Shown piece after piece: positions 1 through 12,560 of a DNA stretch of 64,000 nucleotides; the first letter of the stretch is position 1; every line of letters starts with the position of its first letter. The notes under the pieces are model-generated. The model worked only from the letters and a program-made list of their open reading frames with translations. It was not told where the DNA came from and did not search any database. Where the stretch lies: positions 64,852,001-64,916,000 of the forward strand of contig NC_043004.1 in assembly GCF_006345805.1 (NCBI RefSeq). The letters run 5' to 3'. The stretch comes from Octopus sinensis (Eukaryota). The translations under genes and the position numbers were made by a program.

Positions 1-90
1 ACATACATACACACACCTAACCCGGGGGACCTAAAACTACGACCCATTGTAGCTGGCCCAACCTGTGAAACACACAGACTAAGTCTATTT

Positions 91-876
91 ATGGACATCC
101 TCCTGAAACCCTTCCTTAAACATATCGATAGCCATATCAGAGATGACTTAGATATGTTAAACCACCTTCCAAAAAAAGCCAACGAAGAAACAATCATGGT
201 TTCATTTGATGTAGTTAACTTATATACCAGTATACCTCATAATTATGGACTAGAGGCAATACAGTTCTGGCTGGACCAATTTCCGGAAGAAATACCAAAA
301 AGGATCAGTAAAGAATTCATTACTAAATCAATTGAATTCATCCTACATAATAACCACTTCATGTTTGACAATACATTTTACCGTCAAAAATCCGAAATTG
401 CTATGGGAACAAGGGCAGCACCAGTCATTGCGAACCTAACAATGGGCTACATGGAAATAATCATTTACCAGGAATCTTTATCAATCTTTGGAAACCCCCT
501 CTCTCAATACATAAAAGAGAATTGGAAACGATTCCTGGACGATTGTTTTATACTCTGGAATGAAAACACAGATAAACTCCTAAAATTCAAAAACCTGTTG
601 AACAGCATAAACCCAAATATACAGTTCACAATGGAATACAACAAAAAGGAGCTCCCATTCTTGGATATACTAATTAAAAAAATTAACCTTAAAATAGAAA
701 CAGACATTTTTTACAAAGCCACAGACGCCAAACAATACCTTCTTTTTGATTCATGCCACCCAAGACACACTAAAGCAAACATCCCCTTCAACCTTGCAAG
801 AAGGATATGCACAATAGTGTCAGAACAAAATACCAGGAACTTTAGACTGCAAGAACTCAAAAACACCCTAATTTAA
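91..876 (+). pseudogene. PLE reverse transcriptase, truncated by an internal deletion
   Basis: ORF 91..876 has RT motifs. About 230 bp present in copy 2 (approx. 51424-51650) are missing at about 873, which creates a stop. Confidence 0.88.
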
Positions 877-933
877 ATCATTAAAAGCTACAAACAACCT
901 AAATCACTTAAAAAGATTCTCACAAAGGCAAAA

Positions 934-1413
934 TTGTTTTCTGAAATTACGAATGCAAAAGTAAAAAAATGTGGTAGACCGAACTGTGCAACATGTCCAA
1001 ACCTGCTAGAAGGATCAGAATTCCTCTTCAAAGAGGGACAGAAATTCAAGATCAAATCTAATTTTACTTGTGCCTCTGAAAACATAATTTATGTCATAAA
1101 ATGCTCGGGCTGCCACCAAAACTACGTGGGGTCCACGGGACTATCACTCAGACGTAGATGCACACTGCATCGACAACAGATTGCATTCCCAGAATACAGA
1201 ATGATACCCTTTAGCGAGCACATTGAGAAATGCGCAAAGCAACTACTACCACAATTTTTAATCTTTCCATTTCACCAATGTGCTATCGGAACACCAACAC
1301 AAATTAGACTAAACAAGGAAACATTCTTCATTGAAAAATACAAGCCCAAACTTAACCATTCCAACATTCTTATACAGAGAAACTCACTCCAAAAAAAAGG
1401 CAAGAAATATTAA
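934..1413 (+). pseudogene. PLE Cys-linker plus GIY-YIG endonuclease (C-terminal part of the same ORF)
   Basis: CGRPNCATC, IIYVIKC, YVGSTG, RxxxH and the terminal E..FI..Y.P.LN motif. Confidence 0.88.
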
Positions 1414-1505
1414 GCAATTATCTCCCTTACACCGGAAGAAATCACTTATTAGCTCCCCTTATCTGGAACTCTCCTTCACACTTCTCAACGTAAACATAAC
1501 GATGT

Positions 1506-1545
1506 AAGAAATTTGAAAAGCTGAACGCGAAACCGGTCATTTCTT
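1506..1545 (+). ncRNA. Minimal type I hammerhead ribozyme, U3:A8 core variant
   Basis: aagaaat-TTGAAAA-GC tgaac GC-GAAA-CCGG-T-C-atttctt: 7-bp stem I, 2-bp stem II, palindromic stem III (ACCGGT) and a GUC site. It lies in the PLE 3' terminal repeat. Confidence 0.75.
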
Positions 1546-1689
1546 CAAAAACTATGTCATTGTATGAAAAAAATTTGACATTCTCCAGACATAATGACTC
1601 AAATATATATTTTTTAACCTTTTAAAACAAGCCTTCTGTAGTTTTTTCACTTTTTACTATTTTATATATATATATATATATATATACAT

Positions 1690-1830
1690 ACATACATATA
1701 GACGGGCTTCTTTCAGTTTCTGTCAGCCCAAGGCTATAGTAGAAGACACTTGCCCAATGTGCCACACAGGGGACTGAACCCGGAACCATGTGGTTCATAA
1801 GCAAGCTACTTACCACACAGCCACTCCTAT
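1690..1830 (-). mobile_element. tRNA-derived SINE (octopus OK/OR-like), 5' part
   Basis: Matches the family repeated across the window (ggctgtgtggtaag...ggttccgggttcagtccc...ttgggcaagtgtcttctactatagcc). Confidence 0.8.
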
Positions 1831-1959
1831 GTCTATGTTGTGGAGTTGTGGAGCTTTGCAAGTTGTACTTGGAAAGATGAGTAGAAAATTAACACTTTCC
1901 AACAAAAATTGTTTGGGTGGTGAGACTACATTTAAATTAAAAAGCTCAATTAATCACCA

Positions 1960-2480
1960 CCTGAGGATCTGCATATTATGGAGCAACATCATGTTAATTT
2001 ACTAGGAGTTACAGTAAGGTGTAGTTTATCATGAAAAAAATTAATTAGACAATTCTTTCTTGACATTAATGTAACAGGTCCCGTTTACTTGAACTTGCTG
2101 TAACAATCTGGTATGCCAGACATTTAAGAAGACTTTGAAGATGTTGAGTTTATGTCCAAGCAAGATAGAGGCACCCAAACACTATAACAGTAATGAATTT
2201 TTTCCAAACAAGTTGATTGGGCAAATATGTTCCATAGAATGCCCTTCATGTTCACCAGGGCCTCACACCACATCTTTATTTTTATGGGAACATTTAAAAG
2301 GTAAAGTCTACAGTACAGAACTAGCAACAGATGGTAAATTGAGGGAAGCTGTGGAACAAGAATGTACACAAATACCAAATGAAATATTTCTTGATGTTTG
2401 GGATTTTATTGCTTCATGTTATTAACAGTGCTTGGATCAGGACAGGCATCAGTTTGAAAAGAGCCATTCACAGAAAAATT
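1960..2480 (+). pseudogene. Degenerate Tc1/mariner-superfamily transposase remnant
   Basis: ORF 2135..2425 contains SPGPHTTSLFLWEHLKGKVY, which resembles the SPDLTPLDFFLWGYLKxKVY motif. Confidence 0.6.
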
Positions 2481-2519
2481 ATATTCTGTCTGTAGATTCT
2501 ATTAAATTTTCAAAATGGA

Positions 2520-2589
<70 letters not shown>

Positions 2590-2699
2590 TATACATATAT
2601 ACAGACAAACAGACAGACAGACATAAACATACATACAAAGGACAAAGATATCTGGCACCTTGCTGTACACAAGCAGACCTGTCCTCCACAGCAGAAGTG

Positions 2700-3700
2700 T
2701 TGAGGCCAACCCTCTGATGAAGAAGATTGGCCTGCAAAAGTCATGTGCCAGTGAAATGTAAAAAGCACTCGTGCCTGTGTCACATGTAAGTGCTTGTGCA
2801 GCGCCACATTAAAAGCAGCCAGCACACACTATAAAGTGATTGGTATTAGGAGGGGCATCCAGCCATAGAAACCATGCCAAATCAGACTGGAACCTGGTGC
2901 AGCTCTCCAACTTGCCAGCTCTGATCAAACCATCCAATCCATGTTAGCATGGAAAATGGACATTAAAGAATTGTGATGATGATGATATACATAAATATAC
3001 ATATATATATGCAAATATACAAATATATATTTTTATATGACCTGAAAATTGAAGCGAGTTCATAGCTTGCAGGATGGCCTACTGTGCTTACCTTGGATTG
3101 TAGGGCGATTGAGTCAAGTACATCAACACCAAAATAAAAATCAAATGGAAATTATAGTTGTGAAACCCATGCCAGTGGTACATAAAAATCACCATCCGAA
3201 AGTGGCCAATGCCAGCAGTGCTTTGACTGGCGTCCATGCTGGTGGCACGTAAAAAGCACCAACTGATCGTGGACATTGCCAGCCTCCTCTGGCCCCTGTG
3301 CCAGTGGCACATAAAAAGCACCCACTACACTCACAGAGTGGTTGGCGTTAGGAAGGGCATCCAGCTGTAGAAACACCACCAGATCAGACTGGAGCCTGGT
3401 GCAGCCTCCTGGCTTCCCAGACCCTGGTCAAACCGTCCAACCCTGCTAGCATGGAAAACGGATGTTAAACGATGATGATGATATATACACACACAGATAC
3501 ACATACATTATATATAATTCACCATCGTCATCATCATTTAGTAATGATATTCCATGCTGACATGAGTTAGACCAGATCTAACAGGTCAGAAGATAGTTTT
3601 GAGCTCCAATGTCTGTTTTAGCAGGATTTCTACAGCTGAATACCCTTCCAAATGCCAACCACCTAACAGAATGTAAAGGCTGCTTTTTCATATCACAGGC
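2700..3700. mobile_element. Cluster of RTE 3'-end fragments (about 2700-2990 +, 3100-3483 +, 3525-3700 -)
   Basis: They share the 3' tail of the RTE copies (gagtggttggcgttaggaagggcatccagc...aacgatgatgatg). Confidence 0.8.
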
Positions 3701-4189
3701 ACTAGTAGCATTGTTGATTAGCTTGCAAAACAAGTCCACTTGAGGTAGGTATAACATTGAGGCAGTTGGGCTAATACCAGTGTTGAGATGCAAGAGGGAT
3801 AGGGGCAGAGGTCTTGCAATCTTCAAAGCCACAGACTAACAACTAAAACAAATAAAATACACTTCAAATTTCATTTAAACAATTTCAATATTCCAGAATG
3901 CTGGCAGAATCATTAGCACTTGCCTATGTGCTTAAAAGTTGTATTGTTTTCTGGTAGTAATTCAGTGAATTCCAGATTAACCTCTACTGTAAATTCATTT
4001 TGGTTCATTTCTAATAATTTCATTTTCTCCACATAAATTTCCACGTTTCATCAAAGAGAGAGCTGACAGAATTGTTAGCACACTGGGTGAAATGCTTTGT
4101 GGTATTTTGTCCCTCTTTATGTTCAGGGTTCAAATCCCACCTAGGTTGACTTAGCCTTTCTGGGGCAAGGCTATTAAAAATATCCTTAT

Positions 4190-5310
4190 CGGAGGAGAGG
4201 CTAGAAATTCTCTAGCCTCTCCATTGGGCAAGACTTTTCCTGGCGTATACTTCACCATCTACAAAGATGATGCCCTCTCCTTAACCACAAATACCAATGG
4301 ACCAGCACAGGAATGATTTAAGAAGGACATTATCCATTTGATGAAAACCCTCGGACTTAGTATAACTACAGACACCAACCTGACGGTTGTCAATTTCCTA
4401 GACGTATCCTTAGATCTAAATGAGAACATTTATAAGCCTTATAGGAAGCCCAATGATAGACTTAGTTATATTAATGTGGGTTCCTGCCATCCCCCTAGAG
4501 TATTTAAAAATTTAGTTAAAAACATTAGCAAAAGAATTTCTAGCCTCTCCTCCGATAAGGACATTTCTAATAGCATTGCCCCAGTATATATTAAGGCTCT
4601 AGAAGATAGTGGTTTTAGCGAGGAAATAACCTATACACCTGCCATCAGCCCAACAATAAAGAAGAGGAGACATAGGAATAGGAAAACCATCTGGTTCACA
4701 CACCCCTACTCACCTGAGGTGACCTTCAATATAGGCAAGTATTTCTTTGCACTGATAGATAGACATTTTCCAGTCAACCATAGTTACAGGAAGCTCTTCA
4801 ATAGACACAACTTAAAAATCAGTTTCAGCTCAACTAATAATTTTAAAAATATAATCACACACACAACACAAAAACCACAATACGAAACCAGCTGTTCATG
4901 CAGGGATAAAAATCTGTGCCCACTAAATGGAGATTGCATGTCCAAGACCATGGACTCTATACCCACTAAAGACACAGTTTCGGCGAAGAAAAACGTGGGC
5001 CTTAAAGAGGGTAATTTCAAGGCCAGGTTCAATAATCACACATTGAGCTTCAGTCACTGGGATAAAAGGAAAACAACCAAATTATCCATTCATAAATGGT
5101 CACTAAAAGATAAAGGTATCAGTTACAACATCCATTGAAAGATCTTAGCCAAGTGTAAGCCCCACACCAACGGCATTGGAAAGTGTGGTCTATGTGATAT
5201 GGAAAGATGGCTCATCTGGAAAAGTAGCTTAGACCCCGCTATATGTCTGAATTCAAAAACTGAACTTTTCAGTTCATGCCCACATGTGGCCAAATATTTG
5301 TTACGTTTTT
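4190..5310 (+). mobile_element. Penelope-like element, Naiad-like clade, 5'-truncated and degenerate
   Basis: YKDD remnant, VNFLDV, IWFTHPYS, the CSC-x5-CPLNGDC linker, a GIY-YIG remnant (VGLKEGNFKARFNNH) and, after a stop, CGLC..E..LN..E...CPH. Confidence 0.8.
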
Positions 5311-5489
5311 GCCCCCCCCACCAAGACTACAGATAGAACTTGCTTTCTATATTGTGTCCACACATAAGCTTTTTATCTCTTTATACCTTTTACTTATATT
5401 TCTTATATATTTTTATTTTTATTTATATTCTTTTATACATATATTTCTTACATATTTATAGATATTGCTTTATAGGTTTATTGCTTATA

Positions 5490-6120
5490 TATTTTTTACA
5501 CATAATTTTTCTGTATTCTACTTCCACCCTGCATTTTTCCCTGTGCGTATATAGACATGCATATGGATTCTTTTGTGCATGTGTGTGAATGTGTGCGGGT
5601 ATGTGCATATATAGATGTGTGTGTGCATGTGAGTATGTGCATATACAGACGTGTTTTACTCAGTGTTTTTACACATTTTTCTGTATTTTTGCCTTTAACC
5701 CTGTTTTTTCTTTCGTATGTACGCATATAGACGTATGTATGATCTTTTTTGTGTGTGTGTGTATATAGATGTGCGCAGGTATGTGCATATATAGGTGTGT
5801 GTGTGCGTGCATACGGGTATGTGCATATATAGACATGGTTTACTCTGTATACTCCCTTATACCTTTTTTCTGTATTGTTACCCTTAGCCCTGATTTTTCT
5901 TGTGCTTGTGCATATATTGACGTGTGTATGAACCTTTATGGTGTGCATGTGTGTGTGGGTTTGTATGTATATACATATACATTTGGCGAATGGTGCGGGT
6001 GAGGGTCTGTACGTTTTCAAGTGAGGGTGGATGAATGTATACTTTTAGGCACCCACATGTGGGTGTGTGGGCGCGCATGTATAGGTATGAACATGCGCGC
6101 TTACGCGAATACTATGAAAT
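5490..6120. repeat. Three diverged ~180-bp units embedded in a TG/TA-rich microsatellite
   Basis: ttttttctgtatt....cc.t.accctg recurs at about 5505, 5677 and 5865. Confidence 0.55.
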
Positions 6121-6256
6121 TTTTTTCCCCCTTACTTTTACTCCCTCCCCTCACTTAGCGGTCATTCAAATAGCTCTTTTGTCTTAATAACGGTCAATCA
6201 TACAGTAATTTCCCTTTGTATAATGGTTGTTTTTCATAGCATTTTTCTGAGGGCCA

Positions 6257-6317
6257 GATAACTGAAGAGATGGCAGCATGGATTTCCACCTTGGCATCCA
6301 AAACTCGGAGTTTTATC
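6257..6317 (+). ncRNA. Type I hammerhead ribozyme relic (G12->A)
   Basis: gataa-CTGAAGA-GATG...CATC-c-AAAA-CTCGGAG-T-T-ttatc: stems I, II and III all pair, but GAAA reads AAAA. Confidence 0.6.
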
Positions 6318-6658
6318 ATAGCTACCGAATAATTGTCACATATTACATTTACAGATATACATATATATGACACCACAAGACCGCTTTGAATGAACAGCAC
6401 AGGCAATTTATGTCTCCATACAATCTACTTGTAATAATAAAATATGAACTCCTACTGGAATCTACATAACATGGACAAGAAGCATTTCTACCCATTCTAC
6501 ACAACACTTTCCTTGGATAATGGAACTGCAACTGCAGCATCCTACATATATTTTTACTTTTATCTATATTCTCTTATTTACCTTTACACTTCCTATATCC
6601 ATCCTTTTCCAAAATAACTCCTTATATTGAACTCAACTATTTCCCCTCTCTCATATTA

Positions 6659-6704
6659 TCTCTGATGAAAGGATATCCCTAACGTCCCAGAAACAGCTGT
6701 AAGA
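6659..6704 (+). ncRNA. Minimal type I hammerhead ribozyme, canonical core
   Basis: tct-CTGATGA-aaGGAT..GTCCca-GAAA-CAGCTG-T-A-aga, with palindromic stem III (ACAGCTGT). It follows a probable PLE 3' remnant at about 6320-6650. Confidence 0.72.
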
Positions 6705-6839
6705 CTACCTTTCTCTTTAGAAATGTCCTATAAATTCCACACAGCTTTGGTTTTGTCATCTCATTTTATTTAACATTATATATTCATCATCGTTTAACAT
6801 CCACCTTCCATGGTAGTATGGGTGTATATATATATATAA

Positions 6840-9078
6840 GCACGCCATTATTAAAGGTTGCTGAATGAAGAAAATGAATGGGATAAAGAGAGTCTGCTGA
6901 ATGTCAACCCAACAGAGGGACCAGCTATCCGAGTTGACAGTTCATTAATAGTTAAGGCAATTAGAAGCATGAAGACAGGGAAAGCCCCAGGCCCATCAGG
7001 AATTACTGCAGAGATGCTCAAAATATCTGGTAGCGTCAGCTATAGGCTAGTCACCCGTATAGTTAACCAGGTGATACACGAAGGAGTCATACCCAATGAC
7101 TGGTGTAGTAGCATAATAGTCAACTGCTACAAAGGTAAAGGTGACGCCCTAGATACAAATAATTACAGAGGTATCAAGCTGTTGGATCAGGTAATGAAGG
7201 TTACGGAGAGGGTTATAGCCCAACTAATTAGAGAGAGAGTTAGTTTAGATGAGATGCAGTTTGGATTCATGCCAGAGAAGAGCACCACTGATGCCATATT
7301 CCTGGTAAGACAGCTGCAGGAGAAATATCTAGCCAAAGATCGACATGGAGAAAGCCTTCGACAGGGTCCCCCGATCCCTTATCTGGTGGTCAATGAGGAA
7401 ACTAGGGATAGATGAATGGTTAGTGAGAGCTGTGCAAGCCATGAACAGGGACGCTGCTAGTAAGGTGAGGGTTGGCAATGAGTACAGTGAAGAATTCCGG
7501 GTAGAGGTTGGGGTCCACCAAGGTTCAGTCCTCAGCCCCCTCCTATTTATCGTAGTCCTCCAGGCAATAACGGAGGAATTCAAGACAGGATGCCCCTGGG
7601 AGCTCCTCTATGCTGATGACCTTGCTCTAATTGCTGAGTCACTATCAGAACTGGAGGAGAAGTTTCAAGTGTGGAAACAAGGATTAGAATGGAAGGGCCT
7701 TAGAGTCAACCTAGCTAAAACCAAAGTCCTAATAAGTAGAAAGGTAGACAAGTCACAAACGCCTTCAGGTAGATGGCCTTGCTCGATCTGTAGGAAAGGC
7801 ATAGGTAGAAACTCTATAAGATGCACCAAGTGTAAGCTATGGACACACAAGAGGTGCAGCAACGTCAAGGGAAGGCTAACTAGGAAGATAGTTTTTGTAT
7901 ATGGCAGATGCTCAGGAGCAATAAACACTGAAAATGCGCAGAGAGCAACTTCCGTCACATTCCAGGGAGAAAAACTAGAAATAGTTGATAGCTTCCGTTA
8001 CCTAGGTGACCAAGTCAGTAGCGGGGCGGGTGTGTTGAAAGTGTAACTGCTAGAGTAAGAATAGCTTGGGCAAAGTCCTCTGCTAGGGACAAAAGGCCTC
8101 TCGCTCAGAGTAAAAGGTAGACTGTATGATGCATGTGTACGAACAGCCATGCTACATGGCAGTGAAACATGGGCCGTGACTGCTGAGGATATGCGTAAGC
8201 TCACAAGAAATGAAGCCAGTATGCTCCGATGGATGTGTAATGTCAGTGTTCATACTCGACAGTGTGTAAGTACCTTGAGAGAGAAGTTGGACCTAAAAAG
8301 CATCAGTTGCGGTGTGCAAGAGAGACGTTTGCGCTGGTATGGCCATGTGGTGAGAATGGATGAAGATAGTTGTGTGAAAAAGTGCCACACCCTAGCTGTT
8401 GAGGGAACCTGTGGAAGAGGTAGACCCAGGAAAACCTGGGATGAGGTGGTGAAGCACGACCTTCGAACTTTAGGTCTCACCGAGGAAATGACTGGAGACC
8501 GAGACTTATGGAAGTATGCTGTGTGTGAGAAGACTCGGCAGGACAAGTGAGACCATCACCCATGGCCTCAGTCCACTTATGCATACCTTTCCTTTTTGGG
8601 ACACAAAACCCTACTTGTGAAGACCTGTTGAGGCAAGTGAAAATCAAATCAAAATATCAAAAATCAAAAATCAAAATCGTTCAACATGAATGGAAATTGT
8701 AGCTGTGATACCAGTGCCAGTGGCACATAACAGAACCATCCGAACGTGGCCGTTGCCAGTGCCGCCCTGCCTGGCTTCCATGCCGGTGGCAAGTAAAAAG
8801 CACCATCCGATCGTGGCTGTTGCCAGCCTCGCATGGCCTCCGTGCCGGTGGCACGTAAAAAGCACCATCCGATCGTGGCCGTTTGCCAGCCTCGTGTGGC
8901 ACGTAAAAAGCACCCACTACACTCATGGAGTGGTTGGCGTTAGAAAGGGCATCCAGCCGTAGAAATATTGCCAGATCAGACTGGGCCTGGTGCAGCCTTC
9001 TGGCTTCCCAGACCCCAGTTGCACCGTCCAACCCATGCCAGCATGGAAAGCAGACGCTAAACGATGATGATGATGATA
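6840..9078 (+). mobile_element. RTE-clade LINE, 5'-truncated and frameshifted (copy 1)
   Basis: KAPGPSG, NYRGIKLL, QFGF, KAFDRV, HQGSVLSP, LYADD, RRLRWYGH and GRGRPRKTW; the 3' UTR has tandem units and a (GAT)n tail. Confidence 0.95.
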
Positions 9079-9814
9079 TAAGCATGTGTGTGTGTGTGTA
9101 TGTTATTGTCTTCTTGCTTTGACACTGCAAGATATTGCTATGGGTGCAAGCAGTGTCTTCACTTCCAGTCTTCCATAAAATTATGTCTGGTCATGAAGAA
9201 ATATTACCTTGATTGGGAACAGGTAAGGGTTGGTGACAGGAAGGGCATGCAGCCGTAGAAAATCCACCTCAATAAATCCTGTCCAACCCATGCGAGTGTG
9301 GAAAAGTGGGCATTGAAAAACAATGAAGATATTCCATTTTCAATCTACAAAATGTATTTTATTTCAAAACTTCACAAATGAGAATCAGCTGTTAATCAGC
9401 CCCCAAAAAGCCCTGTTCACAAGCATTCAAGATAGAACCATCCTTTATAATTTTCAGGAATAGCAGGGGATCCGGATAAACAGGATCGTTGGAGTGTCAT
9501 AAAAAATAAATACTTTGTGGTATTTCTTTTGCTGCTTCATTGTCTGATTTCAAATTTTGCCATGGTCCACTTTGCTGTTGATCCCTCCAGGGCTGATAAA
9601 ATAAAGCTGGGGTTGATGTAATCAACTAACCCACTTCTATCAAAATTGCTGGACTTGTGCCTAAATTGGAAATTCTTATTTTCAGAAATAGTGTACCTTG
9701 GATTAAATTATCCAATATACCATTTTTAAAATGAGATCAGGTTCAATTTGAGGTGATTTGGCTGATATATCTAGCAGACCAAGCAACCATGCTGAGGCAC
9801 CTTCATTAATATTA

Positions 9815-10232
9815 TCTTTTACTTGTTTCAGTCATTAGACTGTGGCCATGCTGGGGCACTGCATTTAGTCGAATAAACTGATTTCAGTACTTATTTTTTT
9901 AAAGTCTGATACTTATTCCATCCATCTCTTTTGCCAAACTGCAAAGTTACAGGCACCGAAACAAACCAACACTGGTTGTCAAGCACTGAGGGAGAAGGGT
10001 AACAAACAGACTTATGCACAGTCACACACATATGTACAGAAATATATATATATACACACACACAAACACAGAATAGGCTTCTACACAGTTTCTGTCAACC
10101 AAATTCACTCACAAGGCATTAGTTAACTTGAAAATATAATAGAAGATATATGTCCAGGGTACCAAGCAGTGGAACTGAACAAAAGGCCACATGGTAACAA
10201 ATTAAGCCACTTAACAACACAGCCATGCCTGC
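9815..10232 (-). mobile_element. tRNA-derived SINE (OK/OR-like), diverged full-length copy
   Basis: Reverse complement of the family seen at 27435-27850. Confidence 0.75.
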
Positions 10233-10254
10233 TCATATATATATATATATATAT

Positions 10255-10510
10255 TGCCCACAGGGAGCTAAACTAGAGGGGACAAACAAGGACAAAGGGA
10301 TTATGTTGAATGCATCGACCCCAGTGTGTAACTGGTACTTATTTAATCAACCCTGAAAGGATGAAAGGCAAAGTCGACCTGAGCGGAATTTGAACTCAGA
10401 ATGAAACAGCAGATGAAATACTGCTAAGCATTCTGCCCGGAGTCCTAACGATCCGGCTGGCATGCTAGTGATCCCGCCAGCGTGCTAATGATCCTACCAG
10501 TTCGCCGCCC
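10255..10510 (-). mobile_element. Second SINE family (gtcgactttgcctttcatcc core)
   Basis: B-box-like gagttcaaattcc followed by the core. Related copies lie at about 4060-4165, 9520-9680, 11220-11420 and 39710-39820. Confidence 0.65.
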
Positions 10511-11849
10511 TAATAATATATATATTATCTGAAATGTATAGTATTAAATATCCATCACCGCTGATCTTATCAATAAGTTTCGCATAAAGAATACAATGAA
10601 GTGTTAGGTAACAATCCAATTATGTAACTTTACACCCGTCAGAGTTAGCTGATATGGAAGGGAATATGGCAACTGCTCACTATTGTTGAAAGTGGATAAG
10701 CACAACCGGTGAGTGGCTGCTATGAAAAAGAGTTATCTTGAAGTGGGCAAAGTGTGTATTATTAATGTGGTGCTCCTGTGGGGATAGGGTGTGTAATATG
10801 TGTAGTGGTGTCATATGCATAATTTTTTCCAGGGGGTATAGGTATAATATAGCTGTGTTCATTGGTCTGTTTTTTTTCTGACAGATTAGATGGTTTGACT
10901 GGAACTGGTTTAGCCACAGAAGTGCAGCAGGCTCCAATGTGTTTTGGTTTCATTTCTACAGCTGGATACCCTCCCTAATACCAATCATTCCATCAAGTGT
11001 ACTCAGTGTCTTGAGTGTCATCATCACAGGTGCCTTTTACATGTCACCAGCATGGGTACCTTTTTATGTGTGACACACAGAGGTGCCTTTTGTGTGTCAC
11101 CTGCACTGGCCATGACTACAATTTTACATAGTTTGATGTGTCTTCCCAAATACAACAAATCACCAAAAGTCTCAGTTTGGAAACAAATTATATTTATTAA
11201 AATTGTTCCAGAGGCTGGAGGATTAACAGAATTGTTAACAGCAGACAGAAAACATTGGTTTATCTGTACTGTCTCATTACATTCCAAGTTAAAATCCCAT
11301 TGAGGTCAACTTTACCTTTCAGTGTTGAGAAAATAAAGTACCAGTCATATACTGGAGTCAATGGCACTGATTAACTCCCTACAAAATATTTTAGGCCTTG
11401 CACCTCACCTAGAAACTATAATAATTGTTCTACATCACTCAACAACTATCATACATATTCAATCCTAAACCCCAATAACTTAGAATATGTAAAACTATTT
11501 GTAACTAAAAATAATGTTCAAAAGATCTTTGATGCTGCTCTAAAACCAAATCCATCCAGAAAAATTCTTGGTGACCATTCTTCCTACAAAATATACTACC
11601 CAAATCTTCTACAAATCACACCCTAATGTCTAAGATACTATAGACACCAGTAGCATAGCTAGGCAGTGTAGCAGTCCACCCTGAGCAAAACGTTTGGGTA
11701 TGCTGTATAAGCTTGTATAAGCCTAGATGGGTGGAAAACTCAAGGGCTGCTCTAAGCAGCAAACCCTCTGGCTACACAACTGGTAGTCACCAGTGGTGTA
11801 TAGTAGTTGCATTGGGTGTGCTGCTGCAACCAAAACAAAATTTCTAGCA

Positions 11850-12560
11850 GGGGTATGACACCACCAAATTTCAAGCAGGGGTAAAACAAAATGCAGAAAC
11901 ACTTCTGCCCATCCCCCACCATTTTCTCCCAAATTTGTATATTTAAAAAAATTTTTTTGACAAAAATCTCCGTTTTCAGATATGGAGGTTCCGGAAAATT
12001 GCCAAATATCGGCATTGTGAACCTAACCCTAACCCGCAACTTCTTCAATGTTGACTTTTTTTCTGCAACCCTAACCCTAAGTACAGAAATGTTTTGAAAT
12101 TTTTGTCTGAATCATGATGTCTGTATTTTTCAGTATATTTTGAAAAAATTATGTGAAAAAAAGTTTAAAATGAAGGAAATGGGAGTGGAGTGGTAATTTA
12201 GAAATGTCGATTTTTGCCAATTTTTTGCAGATTCGTATTCTCCGTAGCCGAAAGGGGTGGGGATTGTGTCGAAAAAAGTTTTAAAAAAGAATGGTTTGGT
12301 GGGGACGGGCAGAAGTCTTGCCCAAAATGCCACCAAATTCAAAGTAGGAGTATAACAAAATGCCACCAAATTTCAAGCAGACATATAACACCACCAATTT
12401 TCAAGCAGGTGTATAATAAAATGCCACCAAATTTCAAGCAGACATATAACAAAAGTTTTCCATTAAGATTTGTGATTAAATTAATAAGTAAGGTTAATAT
12501 TTATAATGAATTTGCCATTTTCGGTGGGTGTGCAACACACCTGAAATATATGTCCCTGAT
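11850..12560. repeat. Unclassified repeat with ~31-bp tandem units and aaccct runs
   Basis: (at)gccaccaaatttcaagcag recurs at about 11860 and four times in 12325-12450; aaccctaaccct occurs at about 12021 and 12068. Confidence 0.55.

Larger units (their letters stand above)
1..1665 (+). mobile_element. Penelope-like element (Neptune-type), copy 1; cut by the window edge, internally deleted
   Basis: RT motifs (SFDVVNLYT, AMGT, RFLDD) are followed by a Cys-rich linker (CGRPNCATC) and a GIY-YIG endonuclease (NIIYVIKC..C..NYVGST). It is near-identical to the reverse complement of 50665-52500. Confidence 0.93.

Noticed and set aside
2714-2745. CTGATGA motif
   Set aside because: No stem II, GAAA or stem III follows, so it is a chance match.
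5136-5138. In-frame TGA in the Naiad-like ORF as a possible selenocysteine codon (some Naiads encode selenoproteins)
   Set aside because: The position corresponds to the usual Trp of the I.WKIL motif (TGG->TGA), the copy is otherwise degenerate, and no SECIS was recognised.
12020-12080. Telomeric (TTAGGG)n seed
   Set aside because: Only 2-3 units inside a repeat; not an interstitial telomere array.
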